Source of the DNA: a virus
Strand: one strand, 5' to 3'
IMG/VR virus record: IMGVR_UViG_3300032293_000766
Coordinates: 71,212-135,211 of that record
Length of the DNA stretch: 64,000 bases
Under the pieces are notes generated by a model, which searched no databases, was not told the DNA's origin, and saw only the letters and a list, made by a program, of their open reading frames with translations. Position numbers and translations under genes: made by a program. Shown one piece after another: positions 1 to 10,329 of this stretch (positions within the stretch are counted from its first letter, which is position 1; each line of letters begins with the position of its first letter).

Positions 1-2763
1 GATGGGGCTGCAAGCATAAGTATACCAGTAATTCCCAATAGTGGATATACAGTATTTATCAATTATTTGTCAGAGTTTGAAAATGAAAAAATTCCAATAA
101 CTATAGACATTGATAATTTCAGAACATCGGCACGTCCTTCAAATGATCCTGATGACGAAGATGTTGTTCGGGAATTTGTAACACCCAGCGGAAGCATATC
201 AGAAGTACAAACTAGTATATTTACCGGTAGAGCATCTAGTAACTCTATCAATATAAACTTTAGATCACGCAACGGCAATCTTGGCTTGCTAAATGGTACT
301 AACTATGTTCCTCATACTAATAGAATATTGTCTGTATCTGGCATTTTACACCCAATCGGATATTATAGCACAACTACCACCAGATATATTCCACAGTTTG
401 CTTATTATAGAGAATTTGTTAAAGATGAATGGAGAATTACTTATGAGGGTCGCCAAGCATATGATGTAACAACGCCTCCAAGGTTTAGAGCTATAATGAA
501 TGATAATACTAGATATTGTCAAGACATATGCGATTATCATTCTGCTGCACAAATTTTACCAGAATTATATAGATCTTCGATAACAAGTCCAGAATACTAT
601 ATCTTCTATTGTGATAGGTATGAGATATATAAAAATACAGTCGATGAAGATGGCGGTGGCGTATATCTAGAAGAAGATGGTGGCGAAATGTTCAGCACTT
701 ACAGCTGCTCAAATAAAGAAATAGAAGATGGCCCAGTGGTTGCGGCGCATGAAAAGGAACATTTCTCTACATTTACTAATGGTTATAATAGATCTAATAT
801 TGTTTTAATAGGCGATAAAAGCTTAATTCAGGGTGATTGTACAACTGATGTAAACAATTTATTAAAAACAAACGTAATAAATTTTATTAGAAGTCTTTAT
901 CCACCAAACCCACCACAGGAACTAATTGATCGCGGCGGCAAAAGATTTGAAGTTCAATCTAAGATTATGTCGCCAGAACGTGGTAGTAATTCTAGATATT
1001 ATTACGCAAGTGGCTTAAACTATCTTATTTCCTCTTACGGTAATGATAATGAAGATAGATCTAAATATAGATATAATCTTTCTAAATTTAATCCAAATGC
1101 TGTTATTAGAAGAGAAATACCAGATGATGGTCAAAATGCTGCAATAGAAGAATTTGGTAGCAATATAGCTAATCCTTGGCCAAGATGGGGAGCTTCTGGT
1201 ATTGTAATAGAATATGACGCAAGTAATAATCCAAGAATAGTAGATTATTCTGAGTATTCTGACGCTATTAATGGCGGCATACCAAAGACAGTCTCTAAGC
1301 TAGGCTATGACTTTATAGATATACATCACAACAATATTGCTATATCTGGTTTTGTAGGAGACTTGTTTGGATATTCCATTTCTCTTTATAAAGATAGATT
1401 AGTTGTTGGATCTCCTTTTGCCGCTTTTAACAATCAAGATCAAGCTTTTAATTGGGAAAATATACAAAACAATCCATTGCGATCTGGTTTAACTATAGGA
1501 AACTTTGGTGGTGCTGGTGCGGTTTATGTATTTACAAATAGCAATAGTGGAGTTGATGAAATTGGTAATAATATGAGGTGGGAGCTAAAGCAAAAACTTA
1601 GACCAAAAACAATTAACGTTGGGCAAGACATAACTAGTGTCGCGTTATCACAAAATGAAGCAATATTAGGATCTAATATATATTCTTCTGGATTCTTAAG
1701 AGAATATAGTATGTCTCCAGATAAATTTGGATCTTCTATAGATATGGACGGCGACCTATTATTAATTGGAGCGCCGTGTCACGACTTTGACAATTTAATA
1801 CATAACATCTATAAAAGCGGGGAATTTGTTAGAAAGGAATTTGATTTCCAATTTGATATACCTCTACACAAAGTTTATGACTTAGGATCTGCTCAGAATA
1901 GGCAATTATTACCTAATAGCGGTGTACCTATTTTGAATAGGGGAGCAGTATTTAGTTATGAAAACGATATCATTAATTGGGATACTAAGGCCCAAGCTTG
2001 GACATTAAGGCAAAAATTAGTTCCACAGGGATATAGATCAAATAGTCAAAATTTCTCTGAAAATGACATGTTTGGAAACGCAGTGGCAATCGAAAGAGTA
2101 GATAGAAAAGATGCTAAATATAACGCATTTGTTACCGCGTCAAATCATAAGTATGGTTTATCTACTAGTTCTGGTATTAATAATGCTGGGTCTATATACA
2201 CTTACGACGCTATGATTAGAAATCAACCTCCAGCAATTAGTAGTAAAAATATGTGGTTAGACGCCAAAATCTTTTCTGATGGTAAAAATAACTCTAATCT
2301 TAATATGTATATCAACAAAGAAATACACACTCAAACTAACCAAAGTATTATTTCTACAGGCTTAGTTTTCTCTAATAAAGACGGTGAAATCTATTTAGAA
2401 GGTTCGGGTTTTGATGGAAATACATACGGTAACATCTCTAATAGACCCTATATATATAGTATTTACGGGGAAATGGTTAAAGGTACATTTATAGAAAATG
2501 GTATTAGGTTATTTAATATTGGGGCAGATGAGTTCTTACAAAAAAATGGAAGTATGACTTTACAAGTAGTGGCACCGGAAACCGCATATGTGTATAGTAC
2601 ATTAGATTTATATACAGATAGCATTATTAGTAGTGGCGTAAGATCGTTGAATTTATTTAATAACGCCGGTACTGTTTCTGGAATTAATAATTCACTCAAT
2701 ATTTACATTAGTGGACAAGGATTGTTGCCATCCACTTTATTACTTAGAGGACAAGGTAAATAA
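1..2763 (+). CDS. FG-GAP (integrin-alpha-like beta-propeller) repeat virion protein, 5'-truncated by window edge
   Basis: Frame is open from position 1 (DGAASISIPVIPNSGY...). FG-GAP-like repeats GDLFGYSISLYKDRLVVGSPFA, DKFGSSIDMDGDLLLIGAPCHD, NDMFGNAVAI, plus GAGAVYVF/AGSIYTY strands. Confidence 0.75.
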   Translation, partial: DGAASISIPVIPNSGYTVFINYLSEFENEKIPITIDIDNFRTSARPSNDPDDEDVVREFVTPSGSISEVQTSIFTGRASSNSININFRSRNGNLGLLNGTNYVPHTNRILSVSGILHPIGYYSTTTTRYIPQFAYYREFVKDEWRITYEGRQAYDVTTPPRFRAIMNDNTRYCQDICDYHSAAQILPELYRSSITSPEYYIFYCDRYEIYKNTVDEDGGGVYLEEDGGEMFSTYSCSNKEIEDGPVVAAHEKEHFSTFTNGYNRSNIVLIGDKSLIQGDCTTDVNNLLKTNVINFIRSLYPPNPPQELIDRGGKRFEVQSKIMSPERGSNSRYYYASGLNYLISSYGNDNEDRSKYRYNLSKFNPNAVIRREIPDDGQNAAIEEFGSNIANPWPRWGASGIVIEYDASNNPRIVDYSEYSDAINGGIPKTVSKLGYDFIDIHHNNIAISGFVGDLFGYSISLYKDRLVVGSPFAAFNNQDQAFNWENIQNNPLRSGLTIGNFGGAGAVYVFTNSNSGVDEIGNNMRWELKQKLRPKTINVGQDITSVALSQNEAILGSNIYSSGFLREYSMSPDKFGSSIDMDGDLLLIGAPCHDFDNLIHNIYKSGEFVRKEFDFQFDIPLHKVYDLGSAQNRQLLPNSGVPILNRGAVFSYENDIINWDTKAQAWTLRQKLVPQGYRSNSQNFSENDMFGNAVAIERVDRKDAKYNAFVTASNHKYGLSTSSGINNAGSIYTYDAMIRNQPPAISSKNMWLDAKIFSDGKNNSNLNMYINKEIHTQTNQSIISTGLVFSNKDGEIYLEGSGFDGNTYGNISNRPYIYSIYGEMVKGTFIENGIRLFNIGADEFLQKNGSMTLQVVAPETAYVYSTLDLYTDSIISSGVRSLNLFNNAGTVSGINNSLNIYISGQGLLPSTLLLRGQGK

Positions 2764-2766
2764 CAT

Positions 2767-4548
2767 ATGATATCTGTAAGTGGAGCAAAAATACCGGGTG
2801 GACAAAAATTTATAAGGCCAACGCCACTAATAACTATTACTCAACAGAATAATAGGACAGGCTCTGTTAGATTTGGCAATTCTTACAAGATTACATTAAA
2901 TGGAACTATTATTGCAGGTAGAGGAAATCCTTATAGTAGCGGCATTGGAGTAAATGAAAATCCTTCTTGGTACACTGGTTCTAATTATTCAGAATATAAT
3001 AATGATGGAACGTGGACTCACAAAAAGCCTCCTGACCACTATCCACCTCCAGACAAAAGACTAGGTTCTATACTTGTTCAACAAAGAGGCTTGAGAGAGC
3101 TATTTGCTACAGATGGTTTAAACTTACGAGTGTATCACACATACGACACTGGCGGTAATCCAGCCTTTAGTTGTAATTGTGTTGTAGACTCTATAAATTT
3201 TGAAGAGGGGATTTGGGTAGATACTTGTAAATATACTATTGAATTAACTACATATGTTATATATCATAATGAGCAAGGTCTAACAAACTACCCGCTCAAT
3301 TTACCTCCTGACCATCCAGACGCACATATCTCTGGATTATCTCCAACAAACTTTACTTTTTTGCATGGCGCTAGCGGTTTATCTACTGATCGTGGATACG
3401 CTAGTGGTGCCTATATCGAAGATTTTTCTGAAGATTGGTCAATTGAAGAAGATGATCAATTTTTTAATGTAGATGACGGTGGGTTTATTAAAGCTCCAGC
3501 ATTTAGAGTTACTAGAAACTTATCTTCCACTGGGCGTACAGCTTATTTTGATGATGCTAACATTGCGGGTTGGATTATTGCTAAAGACTTTGTGAAAAAT
3601 TATCTTTTAGCATCTGGTGGCGAAAATCTTGCAAACAAAAGCTTAATAGATTTTTATGCGAATACTGGTAATTTAGGTCAGGGTTATTTTATATCAGCTG
3701 TATCTAATGGTGAGTATTTTAATCACACGGTAAGTGAAAATTTCAGCGTTACAGAAGGTACTTATTCACTTTCTGAAACATTTATTATGTGTTCTGGTGG
3801 CTCTCAAAGTGGAGCTATGGAAGCGTATACCATGCAAGTTACTAGCGATCATCAAAATCCATTCATTAATGTAGCTATTAATGGAAGCATACAGGGATTA
3901 GCGCCTAAACCATCTGGAAATTATAAACCATTGATAGGTGCTTCTGGTAAATATGACATGGCTATAAAGCATTGGGGAAAAATATCTGGAAGTGGAATTT
4001 TTGGAGTTGTATCGCCAATTTATAAAAGAGCTAATAGTGCGGTTGGCGTTGCTCTTAATTCTCAACCCAAAAATATATCTATTGGTTTAAATAAAATACA
4101 GGGTACTATTGACTATGCTATAGAGTTTGATAATCGTCCTAGTAATTTTATTTCCGGTGTATCTCATGAAACTGTATCAATTAATGATACATATCCTGGC
4201 GATGTTTTCGCAACAATTCCAGTTATTGGTCGAAAACAAGGCCCAATTTTTCAATCTATGGGAACTAGAACAGAATATAGAAGAGATGTATCTCTTGAAT
4301 TTATTCTAGATTATTATGATACTTATTACCCAAGTGGTAACAGTGACGCAAGTAGACTTGCGCTATTAAAAAAACCAATATTGTATCACCCATATCGTGG
4401 ACAAATTCTTGATTTTATTAGTGGGGTTTGCCCGTATAATGAACCTGGAGTAAGAAAATACTTTATGAATCCTACAACTGAAACTTGGTCGCCCAAGGAG
4501 GGCAGGTATTCATTAAATTTAAGTTGGACTTACGAATTGGATAAATAA
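2767..4548 (+). CDS. hypothetical virion structural protein (593 aa)
   Basis: Long ORF tightly coupled within the + strand operon; beta-rich, G/S/N/Y-rich composition; no enzyme motif. Confidence 0.6.
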   Translation: MISVSGAKIPGGQKFIRPTPLITITQQNNRTGSVRFGNSYKITLNGTIIAGRGNPYSSGIGVNENPSWYTGSNYSEYNNDGTWTHKKPPDHYPPPDKRLGSILVQQRGLRELFATDGLNLRVYHTYDTGGNPAFSCNCVVDSINFEEGIWVDTCKYTIELTTYVIYHNEQGLTNYPLNLPPDHPDAHISGLSPTNFTFLHGASGLSTDRGYASGAYIEDFSEDWSIEEDDQFFNVDDGGFIKAPAFRVTRNLSSTGRTAYFDDANIAGWIIAKDFVKNYLLASGGENLANKSLIDFYANTGNLGQGYFISAVSNGEYFNHTVSENFSVTEGTYSLSETFIMCSGGSQSGAMEAYTMQVTSDHQNPFINVAINGSIQGLAPKPSGNYKPLIGASGKYDMAIKHWGKISGSGIFGVVSPIYKRANSAVGVALNSQPKNISIGLNKIQGTIDYAIEFDNRPSNFISGVSHETVSINDTYPGDVFATIPVIGRKQGPIFQSMGTRTEYRRDVSLEFILDYYDTYYPSGNSDASRLALLKKPILYHPYRGQILDFISGVCPYNEPGVRKYFMNPTTETWSPKEGRYSLNLSWTYELDK

Positions 4549-4549
4549 T

Positions 4550-5365
4550 ATGGCTAATAATCCAAGTAGTAGAGCTAATAATGATGACATGTATCCGCAT
4601 AGCGGTATATATGGACGCATTTTACCAAGTGGGTATGCGCATTTTGCAGATGACCTACAAAATCAAAAAAGTAGACGCGGCTCATCTTACATTACTACTT
4701 TTCCAAGTGGATGGGATGAAAATGTTGACGCAAAAGAGAGATATCCTAATTTAGACCCTTTACAAAATAGTAATGGGGTATATTTTCCAGTTTATACAAG
4801 TGGGATTAGTTTTACTAGTGCTTCAAGCGTCTATACTGTTACCCCCGACAGTACACCCGGCACTATGTCAAAGCTTTTTGCATCTAGTGGTGGTTTTAGT
4901 AATTCTGAAACAGTATACGATCAAGCAGCTAGTGGTAAGTTTTATTTTGATGCTAGTGGTTTTAAAAACCAAGGCAGCGTTTTAGCTAGATCTGGTGAGA
5001 GTTTTATGTTTACTAACTCTTTTGCGGCTACCGCTGCTGGTGGTTTTAACTTAAGTGACGCAACGCCACCATTTCAATACAAAGTACAATATTCTGGCGT
5101 ATCTGATATTTTCAATTCTGTTATATATAGATATAGAACGTCCGTTAAGAGTATTGCTAGTGGCATTTATGCTTATCCACCAGCGCCATCTCCACCAAGC
5201 TTACCGACACCACCACCATCAGAGCCACCATCAGAGCCGCCAGACGGGCCACCAGACGGGCCACCAGACGGGCCACCAGACGGGCCACCAGACGGGCCAC
5301 CAGATCTACCACCGGGAGAGATTGTTTGGAATTCAACATCGCAAATATTTACTAGGATAGTCTAA
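4550..5365 (+). CDS. Ser-Gly-rich protein with Pro-rich PPxx repeat (possibly truncated by frameshift)
   Basis: 271-aa ORF starting 1 nt after the upstream stop; PPSE x2 and PPDG x5 near the C-terminus; coding-like sequence continues to 5479. Confidence 0.7.
   Translation: MANNPSSRANNDDMYPHSGIYGRILPSGYAHFADDLQNQKSRRGSSYITTFPSGWDENVDAKERYPNLDPLQNSNGVYFPVYTSGISFTSASSVYTVTPDSTPGTMSKLFASSGGFSNSETVYDQAASGKFYFDASGFKNQGSVLARSGESFMFTNSFAATAAGGFNLSDATPPFQYKVQYSGVSDIFNSVIYRYRTSVKSIASGIYAYPPAPSPPSLPTPPPSEPPSEPPDGPPDGPPDGPPDGPPDGPPDLPPGEIVWNSTSQIFTRIV
5213..5320 (+). repeat. 12-bp coding tandem repeat (CCACCAGACGGG-type), 9 units including degenerate ones
   Basis: CCACCATCAGAG x2, CCGCCAGACGGG, CCACCAGACGGG x4, CCACCAGATCTA, CCACCGGGAGAG. 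Confidence 0.95.
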
Positions 5366-5517
5366 TATATATCCAGAAGGAAGTGTGAGCTTTGCTTCAA
5401 AACCCCATCCAGTTTTATCTGAACTAAGACTGCCACTGTTACTGGTAATAGAGGACAAACTGGTACAGTTATAACTTAGCGATTTAGAATCTGTTTATCT
5501 GTAAAGGAACTTAAAGA

Positions 5518-8500
5518 ATGACAAAATTTACTAGAACTGATCCATTAAAACCAAATGGACTTACATATGGATATGGTATAGTTCCAGATTCTGGATTTTT
5601 TGGAGAACCACCACAATTTAGTGGTGCTAGAAATCTTCCACGAAATACTGCGTTTGTAAACTCTGGCTCATTTCCATCTTCATATTCTAATGCTAGTTTT
5701 GATTCTTATGTGCAGCAGACTTTTTTAGGTGCTACTATATTAGATTTTTCTATATCTGCTGGATATGGAGATACTGCATCACAGCTATCAGTCAGTCTTG
5801 TAAATGATGAATATAACAATTCTGATGGAACGCCACTAGGCGCTGGGGCTGATATATATCACTCAGGAGTTAGCGGAGATAGATTTAATCCACCGCCAAT
5901 AGGTAGTCCAGTATTTTTTACTTTTGGCAAGGGCGGTTTAGTTACGGCTGAAAAAATATATCAGTGGCAAAGCAGTGGATTACCATATATGGATAACTGG
6001 ATGTCAGGCGTGGGATTAACATTTGATCCCCCAGATGTAAGCGGTAAATATCACTTCGCTTTTGGTGGAATATTACAGGGATGGACTCAAAATAGAAATA
6101 TAAACGGGTTTACATTTAATGTTAATGTTGTTGATCCAAGACAAATTTTATCTAGCGTCAAGCTTATATTAAATAACTATGCAGAAGGTACTTATAAGAC
6201 AGAAAATATCATAAATGTATATGGATTTTTAGAACATAATCCTAGTACAACTTTATCCAGCACACTTCAAAGTAATTATACTCAGAGTGGTATATTAACT
6301 AAATACTTTGTTGCAGATTCAGCAGGAAGCTATACAGGTAAGTTTACATACATGGGATTTCCTGTAAGTGGATTATATGACAACTATCATAAACCAGCCT
6401 ACAATGCATCTGTCTCTAATGGTCTACCCAGAAATTTTCCAATAACTGGTACTGGAATGTCTAGACGTTCTCCAGTAGGTATTCCATTCTATAGAATAAT
6501 AGATGCTATATCTGCACAAATGAGACTTTTTGGTGATTTGCCACAAGAGTATATAGATTACGGATTTGAAACTTTCATTAGATTTCGTGGATATAATTAC
6601 ATTATAGATTTTGGAAGTTTACCAACCGAGTATATACCAAGATTATATTATGTTGACTTTGAAGAAGTGTCTATGTTAGATTTTATGCAAGAGATTTGTG
6701 AAATAGTAAATCATGAGCTTTTTGTCTCGTTGTTACCTATCAATGATCACCCAAAATATCAATATATTAAGGCTTGGAACTTATCTTGTAAAAATAGCTC
6801 AGATAGAAACATAAGAAATAAAATTGTAGCTGGCATAATAAGAATTGATGCTATAGATAGAACTCCAGCACAACAGTATGGCAAAATCGCTGAATACATT
6901 CGTGATTTAGATAAAGTATATAGAGATAATGGCACGGTCATAGATTGTAAAGCTACAAATTTAAGTGAAGCTGATATTCAAAAATGCCTCGCAAAACAAA
7001 CAGTAACGAGTTCTGATATTGGTTTTGAATTAACGGATGTAACAACAGAAAAATTTGTTGCCGGTGCTAATGAAGTTAATATGCATTTCTTTACCGGTAA
7101 TTGTGATAGAGATACTTATCAAACTAACTCACAAAGAGAGTTATTGCAAGCAAGACAATATACTCATGACGAAATGATTACTCAACAAATTCTTCCATAT
7201 TACGGGATGTTAGGATTTGGTGAAAATGCTGGCGTTACAATACCAAGGGGATTCGGTGCATATCAACAAATTTTATTAGATACAACTTCGCTGAATGTAA
7301 ATGGAGTTGGAAGTTATTATGTTGCAACTGAAATGGAATTAAGATGTGCTATGGTTTCTTTTGAAAGATGGAAAGAGTTTTTGTTAATGTACAATGATGT
7401 ATATATGGAATCCGTTGAAGGAAACGATGTTATAGAGGGTAATGCGCTAGTAGCTACTCCGCAGAGAGGTCAGGTAAACCATCCAACTCTAAGTAATAAT
7501 TACGCTGTGACTGTTCCGCGATGCGTTTTTGAATCTGATAGAAATTATTTAGAAGGTGATGGATTACCAGCTAGTCCATGTGCGCCACCATACGGATATC
7601 CATTATATTATAAACGCGCGCTAAAAATAGGAATACCAGAGGGTGGTTTGGCTAAAGTCACTGCAAATCTAACTCAATCTATTACAGATTTAGCTAAAAT
7701 GAGACAAGAAGCTAAAGAAACTATTAGTAACAGTCAAATGAAAGGTAAAAATTTTAAATACTGGTCTACATGGGGAAATCTCATGTTTGATTCATTTCGT
7801 GCATTTAAAGGTACTCTGCACCCAAGAAAAGTTGAGTTAATTGATAGTACGCAGGCGAGTTTTACTAGAGTATTTAATTTTTATAACACTCTAAATAATA
7901 ATATTAACAACAATAATTCTGATTACCGCGAATATACAGCGTTAATAGATGATGCCATGACTAATGCTTCTAAGGTCATTAGCATTATGCCAAGATTGGC
8001 TAGGAAACAAAATGAAAATGCAAAAAAGGTTTATAACTTTATCAAAAATATAGCAGAAGAATGTCTAGGCAAAAAGTTTCTTGTTAAGATACCAAAATAC
8101 GCAAATTCATTTTACCAAGACAAAGTTGAATATTCTACTACTGATAATAGTAGGCCATATACTCTTACTAAGGGGCCGTTCGGTTTTAAGCCCAAGGTAT
8201 TGAATAGTGCTTTTGAAATTAGTGGTATTAGATATAATACTTTTACCGCTTTAACATCTTTATCGCAATGCCCACCAATGAAATCGTACTTAACGTCTGG
8301 AAGCTACGATGGTATGCCTGTTAATGGACTGATAAAAGATGGGGCTTTAAAATCTAATTATCAGCCCATAACAGATACTTTTGAATTTAATTATGTTCCA
8401 TCAACTGAGGGTGGTTTTTTTGATTTTGATTTATACGCCAATGTATTTAAGTCTAATGAAATGTTATACATGATGAATAACTATGCAGATAAAGTACCAA

Positions 8501-10320
8501 GTGGTGTTAGAAATCTTTTAGTTCCACAAGATTTAACACCATTTATTTCAGAAAATGGTAGAGTCTCAGCTTATGTTAGATTTGATTGGAGTAACTATCT
8601 AAGCCTTGAGGGTTTATCATCTAATGATTATACTCAACAGTCTATGTCGAGAAGTAGTTTATTAACAGGTATGATGCCAGACATATCTAATACTCTAGAT
8701 AATGTTGGTGAAGATTTATCTTTTGCTGAAACTAAAGGTTTAGAGAGTGGGGTTAATATAACAAACTGGAGTTGCGCATTCGTCAAGTGTGACTTAAGCG
8801 ATAAATTCTACATGTCACCAAAGACATCGGGTAGAAATGTTAAAGTTTTTGCCAGCACTGTTACTGATATAGGTTCTATAGCCCCAGTTAGACAATTATT
8901 TAATGAAGAAACTTGTGAATTTGAGACTAGTTTCTCTTATTATTTAGCGCGTTATATTCCAACGCGAAACGATTCGGGAAATAACAGAACTATGACTGAA
9001 TTCAATAAGATATATGAGCCACTTTTCTCTGGTAATTTAATAGATACGAGAAAACAAGAACTAGATTATAATAATGTATACGCATTAATTACTTTACCGG
9101 GTCGCCCAATTCCATTAAAAGATATAAGATTTAGAGATGCTGTGTATTTTAGCCAAAATCCAGTTAAAATGAAACATATTCTTACGCAAGACACAATTAA
9201 AGATCCAACTAACATTCTTGGATTTCGAAATCCATCATTTGTAAAAAAACCAACTAATATTCTTAGAGACTATTGTAGTCAATTCAGTGCGAATACTCTT
9301 ACTAAATCTTTTCATATATACAAAGAAACAATGAAAGGCTTAACGTTTGGCCTACCACAAAGAATGCATGTAGCAGTTCCGTCACCAGTTTATCCAGATG
9401 TGGTATGCATATCTTTAGAATCTAAAGAGCGATGCTATGGGCCTTGGATAACCACATTGATGAATTCTGGAGATTTAACTCCAGAGTTAGCCCAAGATTA
9501 TGGAATATCACAATACAGAAATATTGGTGGAAAGCTGGAATATATACGCGATGAAAACTTAGCACCTTGGAATTATTGTGGTCATGACTTAATGAATGAA
9601 GCTGGCAAACTAAAGGCTTCATATGGTAATAGTTTAATGTTACATTCTGAGCGCGGAGGGTTTGTTTACGCAGATGCCCCAAGTGGTATTAGTATTGGTA
9701 GAGCATTAATGGAAAGTGGGGCGTATATAACTAGCATAGATGTAAGTGTATCTACAGCCGGTATACAAACTACCGTTAAATTAGATTCTTATACTGCACA
9801 GTGGGGTAAATTAGATAGACAAAAAGAAATTCAAATATCTCAGATAAGTCGTGAGCGTCAAAAATTAAGAGATACAAAAAATCAATTCATAAGAAGAGGA
9901 ATAGGAAAAAGTCAAACTTCTATTAATTATGGAGAAATTTTAGGCTCTATAGAAAAATCTGTAGATGATACGGTTAATCAAGTTAAATATAGGGTTGGAA
10001 GCATACAAACAGAAAAACAAGATCGCTATAGAACTTCCCCAGGAAATCCTATTTCAAGCGGTGCGATGTATAGTCATAATTTTTATGTAGGTAATACTAA
10101 TAATTTTGGTATAACAGATGAGCAGGGATATCATAGAGATGCACAATCTGCCGTAGTAGAACCAGAAAACAAACATGATGTTATAGCTACTAGAAATTCG
10201 CAAGCTATAAATGGGGCAGTAAAAATGCAAATAGTAAATAATGAATATCGTATGTCACAATACACAGTAGATAGCGACCTTGCTGCGGAACAAGGTTGGA
10301 CTACTCCAGTAATATCCTAG
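5518..10320 (+). CDS. large virion (tail/baseplate-type) protein, 1600 aa
   Basis: Very long ORF with AAAGGA RBS inside the structural operon; central and C-terminal coiled-coil-like stretches; exact role not recognisable. Confidence 0.6.
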   Translation: MTKFTRTDPLKPNGLTYGYGIVPDSGFFGEPPQFSGARNLPRNTAFVNSGSFPSSYSNASFDSYVQQTFLGATILDFSISAGYGDTASQLSVSLVNDEYNNSDGTPLGAGADIYHSGVSGDRFNPPPIGSPVFFTFGKGGLVTAEKIYQWQSSGLPYMDNWMSGVGLTFDPPDVSGKYHFAFGGILQGWTQNRNINGFTFNVNVVDPRQILSSVKLILNNYAEGTYKTENIINVYGFLEHNPSTTLSSTLQSNYTQSGILTKYFVADSAGSYTGKFTYMGFPVSGLYDNYHKPAYNASVSNGLPRNFPITGTGMSRRSPVGIPFYRIIDAISAQMRLFGDLPQEYIDYGFETFIRFRGYNYIIDFGSLPTEYIPRLYYVDFEEVSMLDFMQEICEIVNHELFVSLLPINDHPKYQYIKAWNLSCKNSSDRNIRNKIVAGIIRIDAIDRTPAQQYGKIAEYIRDLDKVYRDNGTVIDCKATNLSEADIQKCLAKQTVTSSDIGFELTDVTTEKFVAGANEVNMHFFTGNCDRDTYQTNSQRELLQARQYTHDEMITQQILPYYGMLGFGENAGVTIPRGFGAYQQILLDTTSLNVNGVGSYYVATEMELRCAMVSFERWKEFLLMYNDVYMESVEGNDVIEGNALVATPQRGQVNHPTLSNNYAVTVPRCVFESDRNYLEGDGLPASPCAPPYGYPLYYKRALKIGIPEGGLAKVTANLTQSITDLAKMRQEAKETISNSQMKGKNFKYWSTWGNLMFDSFRAFKGTLHPRKVELIDSTQASFTRVFNFYNTLNNNINNNNSDYREYTALIDDAMTNASKVISIMPRLARKQNENAKKVYNFIKNIAEECLGKKFLVKIPKYANSFYQDKVEYSTTDNSRPYTLTKGPFGFKPKVLNSAFEISGIRYNTFTALTSLSQCPPMKSYLTSGSYDGMPVNGLIKDGALKSNYQPITDTFEFNYVPSTEGGFFDFDLYANVFKSNEMLYMMNNYADKVPSGVRNLLVPQDLTPFISENGRVSAYVRFDWSNYLSLEGLSSNDYTQQSMSRSSLLTGMMPDISNTLDNVGEDLSFAETKGLESGVNITNWSCAFVKCDLSDKFYMSPKTSGRNVKVFASTVTDIGSIAPVRQLFNEETCEFETSFSYYLARYIPTRNDSGNNRTMTEFNKIYEPLFSGNLIDTRKQELDYNNVYALITLPGRPIPLKDIRFRDAVYFSQNPVKMKHILTQDTIKDPTNILGFRNPSFVKKPTNILRDYCSQFSANTLTKSFHIYKETMKGLTFGLPQRMHVAVPSPVYPDVVCISLESKERCYGPWITTLMNSGDLTPELAQDYGISQYRNIGGKLEYIRDENLAPWNYCGHDLMNEAGKLKASYGNSLMLHSERGGFVYADAPSGISIGRALMESGAYITSIDVSVSTAGIQTTVKLDSYTAQWGKLDRQKEIQISQISRERQKLRDTKNQFIRRGIGKSQTSINYGEILGSIEKSVDDTVNQVKYRVGSIQTEKQDRYRTSPGNPISSGAMYSHNFYVGNTNNFGITDEQGYHRDAQSAVVEPENKHDVIATRNSQAINGAVKMQIVNNEYRMSQYTVDSDLAAEQGWTTPVIS

Positions 10321-10329
10321 GAAATAATA

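Noticed and set aside
5213-5320. Tandem repeat as a CRISPR array
   Set aside because: 12-bp units without spacers, in frame within a CDS.
5055-5360. His/Gln-rich alternative-frame ORF (HQTG repeats) and antisense VARL-repeat ORF
   Set aside because: By-products of the 12-bp repeat, with no RBS support.
5340-5517. Diversity-generating retroelement variable region
   Set aside because: No reverse transcriptase or template-repeat copy seen in the window; the anomalies are indels, not A-specific substitutions.
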